64,000 bases of DNA, taken from an uncultured Gammaproteobacteria bacterium. Its GTDB lineage: Bacteria > Patescibacteriota > Microgenomatia > CAZETR01 > Amesbacteraceae. Of the stretch, positions 9,774-16,561 are shown in pieces (position 1 is the first letter of the stretch; each line of letters begins with the position of its first letter). The notes beneath the pieces were generated by a model. It had not been told where the DNA came from, did no database searches, and worked only from the letters and a program-made list of their open reading frames with translations. A program made the translations under genes and the position numbers. The stretch is from NCBI GenBank assembly GCA_964518565.1, contig CAZFGX010000001.1, positions 11,046-75,045 of the forward strand. The letters run 5' to 3'.

Positions 9774-11191
9774 GCGATTCTAGGAAATAGAGCTGACTGA
9801 CCTGAAATTTTTTCAAACATAAATTGCCCCAAAATTTTCTCCGCTGTTTGGGGTAAAAACGGTCTTAGGTTAAACGCAATTTTTATAATTCTCTCTCGAT
9901 AGCTTGTAAGAGCTAAATTCAATTCATCCCCTTCAAGTTTCCAAGGTTTATCTTGCTCTATTTGGCTATCAGTCTCAGATATCCAGGTCCAAATTTCTTT
10001 TGCCGCTTCATCAAATCTAAACCCTTCTATATATCTGATTATTGAGTCATCAAATTTAGTTATGTCGATTGCAGCAAAAGAAAGTCCAGATCGTTCACAC
10101 AATTTTGCTACTCGTGCCACCAAATTCCCTAGTCCATTAGCCAAATCGGAATTATAAACCTCAGCAAATTTTTCTTCTGAAAAATCTCCATCAGCAAATG
10201 GCGGCGTCTTGGCTAACATATAATACCTCAAGGGATCTGCACCATATTTTTCTAGCAAGGGGAGTGGGTCAAATACATTTCCCAGTGTTTTAGACATTTT
10301 TTGTCCATTCACAGTATAGTAACCGTGAACAAACAAAGACTTCGGCAACGCTAACCCTGCAGACAATAAAAACGCTGGCCAGTACACTGCGTGAAATCGA
10401 ATAATGCCTTTTCCAATAACATGCACGTCAGCCGGCCACAGCTTTTTATAGCTTTCATCATTCCACCCAAAACCAACTCCACTTTGATAAATATTGAGCG
10501 CATCAAACCATACATACATTCTTTGTGAATCATCATCTGGTACTGGCACACCCCAATTTTTTGCCCGTAAATTACTTCGAGAGATACTGATATCTTTTAG
10601 TCCTTGTTTTAAAAATGCCAGCATTTCATTCTTTCGTTCTTCTGGATAAATCTTCAAGGTGTCAGACTCAATGAGTTGTTTGATTTTATCTGTGTAGTCT
10701 GACAGTCTAAAAAAGTAATTCTCTTCTTCAATCTCATCCAATTTTTTTCCTGGGTGTTCAAAGCACTCTCCATTTTCGTTTAGTTCTTCTGGTTCGTAAA
10801 AAGTTTCACATCCCACACAATATAAACCTTTATATTTTTTTGTATAAATATCTTTTTTACACAACTCCCAAAGTTTTTGGCTCGCCACAAAATGTTTTTT
10901 CTTGTCGCTGCCTTTTTGCCAAATATCATAAGAGGTATTCAGCGCCTTATTTAAATCAACAAAATATTGATTATTTTCATCGATAAATTCTTGAATCTGT
11001 TTTCTGGCTTTCTCTGCTGCCTGAACATTTTTTAATGCATTTTCATCTCCACCAGACAACAGTGTCACTTCATCACCTAACAGTCGATGATATCGTGCTA
11101 CAGTATCAGCTTGGACAAATTCCAAAGCATGTCCAATGTGTGGTTTAGCGTTTACATAAGGAATAGCAGAAGTGATATAGAATTTTTTCAT
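9770..11191 (-). CDS. metG: Methionine--tRNA ligase, short form without C-terminal tRNA-binding domain
   Basis: PYVNAKPHIGH, YCVGCE knuckle, YVWFDAL, KMSKT. Confidence 0.97.
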   Translation of the reverse strand: MKKFYITSAIPYVNAKPHIGHALEFVQADTVARYHRLLGDEVTLLSGGDENALKNVQAAEKARKQIQEFIDENNQYFVDLNKALNTSYDIWQKGSDKKKHFVASQKLWELCKKDIYTKKYKGLYCVGCETFYEPEELNENGECFEHPGKKLDEIEEENYFFRLSDYTDKIKQLIESDTLKIYPEERKNEMLAFLKQGLKDISISRSNLRAKNWGVPVPDDDSQRMYVWFDALNIYQSGVGFGWNDESYKKLWPADVHVIGKGIIRFHAVYWPAFLLSAGLALPKSLFVHGYYTVNGQKMSKTLGNVFDPLPLLEKYGADPLRYYMLAKTPPFADGDFSEEKFAEVYNSDLANGLGNLVARVAKLCERSGLSFAAIDITKFDDSIIRYIEGFRFDEAAKEIWTWISETDSQIEQDKPWKLEGDELNLALTSYRERIIKIAFNLRPFLPQTAEKILGQFMFEKISGQSALFPRIA

Positions 11192-11904
11192 ATAGACAAT
11201 ATCTCCCCCAATTTTACCCCAAAATGTTTCGCTGCGTTTCCTTGATTGATCGCCAGCTCAAGTAAATTACTACTACCATTAAGTATTAAAGGTTTATCAA
11301 TCTCAACATCGGCAAAAGTATGAACCACTAAAATATCAAACAAACTGTCTCCAGGTTTCACTGTAGTATTCCAAACAAACTTTACATTTCCATACCTATC
11401 TATATGTACCACTTGCCCTTGTTGAAATTTCAAGCCAATAAGTTCGTTTTGAAATTCCACGCATCCAAATTCTTCAGGCAGTTTTCCTTGAGTCAAATAA
11501 ACAGCAGCCTTGATAAATACATCCCTTCCATGGAAAGTCTGTGCTACATCCCCAAAGGTAGATTCATGTATCTTCCACGCTTTAAGTATTCCATCAGAAA
11601 TAGCCGCCGGATGCAGCAATCCATTATCTGGTCCCACAAACCAAAAATTTTTAGTTTTTATCACGACTCCTGCTCTGCTACTTCCTACACCTGGATCCAC
11701 CACTCCTAAATGTACAGTTCCCGATGGGCAAAACTTGGCCAATTGCCAGATTCCATAGGCTCCCTCCACAATTGAATAGTCATGCACATCATGATTTTCT
11801 ATCAGTTGGCCTTCGTAGCCCAAAGAGTGTACGACAGCATGAAGCTGACTCGTAGCAAACCCATCTTGAAAATCAGTTGTAATTGTAATGAGTTGTTTTA
11901 ACAT
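11188..11904 (-). CDS. DUF62 SAM hydroxide adenosyltransferase (chlorinase/fluorinase family)
   Basis: TTDF, VVDPGVGSSR, GPDNGLL, TFHGRDVF, IDRYGN, LELAINQGNAA; 4-nt overlap with metG. Confidence 0.93.
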   Translation of the reverse strand: MLKQLITITTDFQDGFATSQLHAVVHSLGYEGQLIENHDVHDYSIVEGAYGIWQLAKFCPSGTVHLGVVDPGVGSSRAGVVIKTKNFWFVGPDNGLLHPAAISDGILKAWKIHESTFGDVAQTFHGRDVFIKAAVYLTQGKLPEEFGCVEFQNELIGLKFQQGQVVHIDRYGNVKFVWNTTVKPGDSLFDILVVHTFADVEIDKPLILNGSSNLLELAINQGNAAKHFGVKLGEILSI

Positions 11905-11915
11905 AATTTATAGTG

Positions 11916-11953
11916 TCCCTCTCTTAGATTAAGAGAGGGATTAAGGGTGAGTT
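11916..11953. repeat. REP-like palindromic element
   Basis: Perfect 11-bp inverted repeat TCCCTCTCTTA-GAT-TAAGAGAGGGA followed by TTAAGGGTGAGTT. Confidence 0.7.
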
Positions 11954-11960
11954 AAGAAAT

Positions 11961-11984
11961 AAAAAAACCGCCTTTTTGGCGGTT
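11961..11984 (-). terminator. Intrinsic terminator (attenuator) upstream of DUF62-metG
   Basis: Minus strand AACCGCC-AAAAA-GGCGGTT followed by TTTTT. Confidence 0.85.
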
Positions 11985-12009
11985 GTTGTAAACAATACAC
12001 ACACCCCGC

Positions 12010-12054
12010 CTAGACGGTTTGCATGGACATCATTGAGACAAATTCAAATTTCAT
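12010..12054 (-). CDS. Putative Met-rich leader peptide MKFEFVSMMSMQTV (14 aa)
   Basis: ATG AAA TTT GAA TTT GTC TCA ATG ATG TCC ATG CAA ACC GTC TAG; the stop codon overlaps the antiterminator arm GGCGG. Confidence 0.7.
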   Translation of the reverse strand: MKFEFVSMMSMQTV

Positions 12055-12062
12055 TAAGTTTT

Positions 12063-12071
12063 ATTTTATCA
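12063..12071 (-). promoter_or_regulatory. Extended -10 promoter for the leader peptide
   Basis: TGATAAAAT (TGnTAnnnT) 8 nt before the leader ATG. Confidence 0.6.
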
Positions 12072-12073
12072 TA

Positions 12074-12469
12074 TTACTCAATAACACCAGTATTTCGAAG
12101 ATGTTTTAAATAGTTCCAACCTAATTCAGAAGTATCAGGGATTTCAGCAAATGAACAAAACGATATTTTTTCAATTTCATGGGAAGCCATTAATTTGCCT
12201 TCAAACTGAGAACGAAAAATGTTAATCACAACTTTAGTATCTTCTTTTCCAAAAGCAGCTCCTTGAATAGTCTCAACAAAATCAATCGACTCCGGAACGA
12301 GTTCAATGCTTAGTTCTTCTCTGCATTCTCGAATAAGTGCTTCAGCGTCAGTTTCTCCAATATCTTTCTTTCCTCCAGGTAATTGCCATTTCGTTTTTCC
12401 GCGGCTGAGAGTTAGTAAAACTTTTTTATTCTCAACATAAAGCCATGACACATGTTCAATTATTTGCAT
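12074..12469 (-). CDS. NUDIX hydrolase
   Basis: PGGKKDIGETDAEALIRECREEL Nudix box. Confidence 0.92.
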   Translation of the reverse strand: MQIIEHVSWLYVENKKVLLTLSRGKTKWQLPGGKKDIGETDAEALIRECREELSIELVPESIDFVETIQGAAFGKEDTKVVINIFRSQFEGKLMASHEIEKISFCSFAEIPDTSELGWNYLKHLRNTGVIE

Positions 12470-12470
12470 A

Positions 12471-13889
12471 TCACAAAAACTTTTTTTCCAAATACTCCAT
12501 GAAATATTTAGGATTCAAGTCTTCGCCGGTCACTCTTCTTACTAAATCTTTCGCCAAATACGTCTTACCATATTTATGAATATTATTTCTCAACCACTCT
12601 CTCAACGGTTGAAAATTATGTTGACTAATTTGGTCATCTATATCAGGATTGCTCTTTTTCATCGTGTTCCATAGTTGCGCTGCAGTCATGGTTCCTAAAA
12701 AATATGTCGGAAAATATCCAAAACTTCCATGAGACCAATGTACATCTTGCAAAACACCTTCAGCAACAGTTTTTGGCTTAATACCAAGCAAGTCTTGCAT
12801 TTTAGAATTCCATAGTTCTGGTAAATCCCTTATCTTTATTTTTCCGTGTACTAATTGCTGTTCTATTTCAAATCGCAAGATAATATGCAGACCATATGTC
12901 ACTTCGTCAGCCAAGACACGAATAGGCGAGGGTTTTACAATGTTTAATGCTCTCCACCACTCTATTGAATGTTGGCTCCAAAATGCTTTGGATCTGCCGA
13001 CCATGTTTTCCCATAGTCTGGATTGCGATTCGTGTAATATCAGACCTTGTCCGCCGGCTAAATGCGTTCGAGCTAGTTCTTTATCGCTCCCTAGTTCATA
13101 AAGTGCATGACCCGTTTCATGCATTGCCGCCATCAACATCTCTTTCCAATCCTTACCTTCTTTCCACGTCGTGATTCGTACATCGCCCCACCCCAAACTA
13201 ATTTCAAATGGGTGCGCAGTCGGATCCATCCGACCCGATTGCCAGCTATACCCCATTTTTTGCACAATCTCTCGCGTAAATTCCTCCCAATGTATTTTAT
13301 TTACACCTTCAGGCGTTCCACTCCAATCTTTACAAGTTTTCTCTAGTGTTTGTATCAAGTCAGACAAAGGATTTTTTACCTGAGAAAAAATCATCTGCAC
13401 ATCGTGTTGAGTTAAACCTTGTTCATAGTCATCCAGCATAGCGTCATACAAGCTCTGAGTTGATTTCTGATTAAATGTAGCCATTTTTTGTCTCAACTCG
13501 AGCACTCGTGCCAAATCGTCTTGAAAAATTAGGAAATTATTCTCTGTCTTGGCCTTTACCCAAGACTGATAAGCAGCAGAAGTTGCTTGTGACATTTTTT
13601 TGACCAGTGTTGTCGGAATCTTGACGGCTTTTTCATATTCTCGCTTCATTTCTCGCACCAATCCCTTCTCAATGTCAGAAGTAGCCAATTGCTCAGCCTG
13701 AACAATGGCTTTTTCTACCGACACTCGCACCAACTTCTGGTGATAAATGCCCGATAATGTTGCCAGCTGAAAACTTCGATTCTCCGCTCCATCTGCAGGC
13801 ATCATCACTTCCTGATCCCAAGACAGCAAACCAATAGCGCCACCAATATCACACAATTCAGCAGAGATTCGAGCCAGCTTATTGTTCAT
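12471..13889 (-). CDS. M32 carboxypeptidase (Taq family)
   Basis: HPF, DVRIT, HETGH, HESQSR, IRVLAD, QDVHW. Confidence 0.95.
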   Translation of the reverse strand: MNNKLARISAELCDIGGAIGLLSWDQEVMMPADGAENRSFQLATLSGIYHQKLVRVSVEKAIVQAEQLATSDIEKGLVREMKREYEKAVKIPTTLVKKMSQATSAAYQSWVKAKTENNFLIFQDDLARVLELRQKMATFNQKSTQSLYDAMLDDYEQGLTQHDVQMIFSQVKNPLSDLIQTLEKTCKDWSGTPEGVNKIHWEEFTREIVQKMGYSWQSGRMDPTAHPFEISLGWGDVRITTWKEGKDWKEMLMAAMHETGHALYELGSDKELARTHLAGGQGLILHESQSRLWENMVGRSKAFWSQHSIEWWRALNIVKPSPIRVLADEVTYGLHIILRFEIEQQLVHGKIKIRDLPELWNSKMQDLLGIKPKTVAEGVLQDVHWSHGSFGYFPTYFLGTMTAAQLWNTMKKSNPDIDDQISQHNFQPLREWLRNNIHKYGKTYLAKDLVRRVTGEDLNPKYFMEYLEKKFL

Positions 13890-14253
13890 TTTTTGTATCA
13901 GAAATCTTAAAAGCTGATTTTATCTTACTTTCCCATTTTGTCGCCCATTCATCAGCTTTAATTTTTTTAAGTGCATGTTTCCATCCATGGTTCTCCAGTG
14001 TTTGACCAACTGCAGCAATAGTTGCACTAGAAACTTTCAAATTATCTCGAATATTTCCATAACTTCGTTTATTACTCAACCAATACGCCACAGCCAAGCG
14101 TTTAACTATTGCCATATGTTCAGTGTCAGACAACAAGCTTTTCATAATCACTTCAGCTTCATCCACAGTCTTCACATCCACCACCAATTGCAGCCACATC
14201 TGTTCAATTTGTTTTAAAAGCTGGTTATTAATTTTTTTCTTTGAGATTTGCAT
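13879..14253 (-). CDS. TrpR-like YerC/YecD family protein
   Basis: LLSDTE...KRLAVA...SYGNI...VSSATIA HTH pattern. Confidence 0.85.
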   Translation of the reverse strand: MQISKKKINNQLLKQIEQMWLQLVVDVKTVDEAEVIMKSLLSDTEHMAIVKRLAVAYWLSNKRSYGNIRDNLKVSSATIAAVGQTLENHGWKHALKKIKADEWATKWESKIKSAFKISDTKNEQ

Positions 14254-14575
14254 ATCTAATAACGTACCATAATATACCCAACACCAACATCAATCCTCCC
14301 ATGCTAAACCAAGACAATAATTCAAACCGCCGCAAAAGTAAAACCCCGACCAGTCCAAAAACCAAAATTACTGATACGGTCATTGACCTCCGAAGTATTT
14401 TTATGAGCAAATACATAGTTCCCACCAAAAAAAATAACCAAAACATTTCAACATACCAATGATCTGGCGGTATAAAAAAAGTCAATGTAAAAAACAAACC
14501 AATAAACAAAAAAAATAATAACCAGTGTCGATATGGTTTTACTATTCTTCGCTTGATATAGTGATTGCGTATCAT
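14228..14575 (-). CDS. Hypothetical membrane protein (start uncertain)
   Basis: Four hydrophobic segments; fills the gap between YerC and rmuC. Confidence 0.6.
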   Translation of the reverse strand: MIRNHYIKRRIVKPYRHWLLFFLFIGLFFTLTFFIPPDHWYVEMFWLFFLVGTMYLLIKILRRSMTVSVILVFGLVGVLLLRRFELLSWFSMGGLMLVLGILWYVIRYANLKEKN

Positions 14576-15539
14576 GGCAGATTCAATATTCATTCTAGCA
14601 GTTGTTATCTTGGGCTTTGGTATCAGTCTCATGCTTATTCGTCATTGGCTAAAGTCAAAATCATCACTTGACCCAATTTTGTCAGAATGGCTAAAAAGCA
14701 CCAACGAGACTATGCGTGGCAATTCTTCAGATTTATCCAGAGTTCTCCAAGAAAATACTAGGCAATTAAATGAACGTCTAGACAATGCTGCCAATGTAAT
14801 TGGCTTAGTCAATCGTCAACTCGGAGAGATGTCAGAAGTGGGCAGAGGTATCAAAAGTCTTCAAGATTTTTTACAATCGCCCAAGCTCCGCGGAGGTATT
14901 GGTGAACAAATTCTTGCCGAGATGATTGGTCAGACATTTCCTAAAAACGCCTTCCATTTACAATACTCTTTCAAATCAGGTGTAAAAGTTGACGCAGTCT
15001 TAAAAACCGAATCAGGGTTATTGTGTATCGACTCAAAGTTTCCTATGGAAAATTTTCAAAGTTTAGTAAAAGGAGAGGCTGGTGCTAAGTCTGCCTTTAT
15101 TTCCGATGTTAAAAAACACATTTCCGACATCGCCAAAAAATATATCTTACCTGAAGAGGGCACTATGGATTTTGCCCTGATGTATATCCCATCTGAAGCA
15201 GTCTACTACGAACTAGTGAACACCCCAGAATTGACCAAATTTGCCCAAGGGCTTAGGGTTTATCCGGTTTCACCCAATACTTTATATGCTCATCTTCAAG
15301 TTCTTTTGGTTTCATTTCAAGGCAAGGAGTTAGAATCAAAGTCTAAACAAGTATTCCGTTTACTAAGAGCCATTCAAAAAGATTACTCCAAGGTTGAAGA
15401 AAATCTTGCAACACTCAATCGTCATGTCACCAATTCCTTTAACCAAATGAACAATGTGAGTAACAGCTTTGGCCTCCTGGGGCAAAAATTAAGTCAAACC
15501 AATCTCTTGTCCGATGGTGCAGACTCCGATCCTGAGTAA
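14574..15539 (+). CDS. rmuC: DNA recombination protein RmuC
   Basis: N-terminal TM, coiled coil, RGGIGEQIL, IDSKFP, FALMYIPSE, VSPNTL. Confidence 0.93.
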   Translation: MADSIFILAVVILGFGISLMLIRHWLKSKSSLDPILSEWLKSTNETMRGNSSDLSRVLQENTRQLNERLDNAANVIGLVNRQLGEMSEVGRGIKSLQDFLQSPKLRGGIGEQILAEMIGQTFPKNAFHLQYSFKSGVKVDAVLKTESGLLCIDSKFPMENFQSLVKGEAGAKSAFISDVKKHISDIAKKYILPEEGTMDFALMYIPSEAVYYELVNTPELTKFAQGLRVYPVSPNTLYAHLQVLLVSFQGKELESKSKQVFRLLRAIQKDYSKVEENLATLNRHVTNSFNQMNNVSNSFGLLGQKLSQTNLLSDGADSDPE

Positions 15540-15970
15540 GTCAAAATAGTTTTTTGCCAGCTATCTAGTAGTTCATCTGGTACCCGATTTCCCTCAACTG
15601 TAATTAAAAACCCTGGATATGTTTCAAAAAATCTCACTGGTTCGTCAGGTTTGATGGTCAAATCACCTACTAATGGATAAAGTTTTATATGGGCATATGG
15701 TACACCTGTGCCTTCTATAACCATTGCCACTCGAGGGGTGTGAAAGGCCTGCTCTAAAATGTGCGCCACGGTCTTGGCTGCCTTTAAAAATTCCAAATAA
15801 TTAGTAGTTTCTAGACTAAACAAATTGTCACCCAAATTGACCTTGGGAATCAAAACTGTCTGCCCTGGCATACAAGCAAACGGAGTTAAAAATGCAAGAT
15901 ATTCTTCATTTTGCCAAACAGTCCAGCTTTTAAATTCTCCACGGACAATTTTGTCAAAAATAGTATCCAT
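15494..15970 (-). CDS. HIT family protein with degenerate triad
   Basis: TIFDKIVRGE, AFL, GQTVLIPK, VPYAHIKL. Confidence 0.85.
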   Translation of the reverse strand: MDTIFDKIVRGEFKSWTVWQNEEYLAFLTPFACMPGQTVLIPKVNLGDNLFSLETTNYLEFLKAAKTVAHILEQAFHTPRVAMVIEGTGVPYAHIKLYPLVGDLTIKPDEPVRFFETYPGFLITVEGNRVPDELLDSWQKTILTYSGSESAPSDKRLV

Positions 15971-15978
15971 AAAAGTAA

Positions 15979-16524
15979 TTATACCGATCGAATAAACAAG
16001 CTTCTATGATAAGAGCAGGGGCCAATGATCCGAATCGTTTCGCGATGTTTTTGTGTACCATATCCTGCGTTGGTCTCCCAGCCGTATTGTGAATAGAACT
16101 TTGCCTGATCCGCCATAAGCGTATCACGAGACACTTTAGCCAAAATACTTGCCGCCATCACCGCATCAATTTTTGTATCCGCTTTAATAATTGACTCAAT
16201 ATTTTTGTTTTCCAAATTCAATTTTAAATTTCCATCCACTATAAAATGATCTGCCTGAATAAACCTGATCAATCGATAAAATATTTCTTTATTTGCCCAA
16301 CCAATTCCTTTATTATTAATTTCCTCCACTGTTGCCCAGCTCAATGCAGATAAACACGACTGTTCAAGTATTTGTGGTATCAGTGCATTACGTTGTCTAT
16401 GGTTTAAAGATTTTGAATCAGCCAGACCTCGTAGTTTGTTGTCAGGTTTAAGTATTACAGCGCAAGCCACAATTGGCCCAGCAAAAGCTCCTCTGCCGAC
16501 TTCATCTAAACCACACAAAATCAT
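15979..16524 (-). CDS. rnhB: Ribonuclease HII
   Basis: GLDEVGRG, DSK, DG, AASILAKVSRD, GYGT. Confidence 0.96.
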   Translation of the reverse strand: MILCGLDEVGRGAFAGPIVACAVILKPDNKLRGLADSKSLNHRQRNALIPQILEQSCLSALSWATVEEINNKGIGWANKEIFYRLIRFIQADHFIVDGNLKLNLENKNIESIIKADTKIDAVMAASILAKVSRDTLMADQAKFYSQYGWETNAGYGTQKHRETIRIIGPCSYHRSLFIRSV

Positions 16525-16561
16525 ACTAACAAGCAGTATATCGCTAGGGTACAATCACTGC

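Noticed and set aside
11188-11904. Fluorinase/chlorinase for halometabolite synthesis
   Set aside because: The hydrolase-type D/R/H residues are present and no biosynthetic cluster is nearby.
11905-12073. T-box or SAM-I riboswitch upstream of metG
   Set aside because: The region is too short and I found neither the T-box UGGNACC antiterminator bulge nor the SAM-I core; a leader-peptide model fits better.
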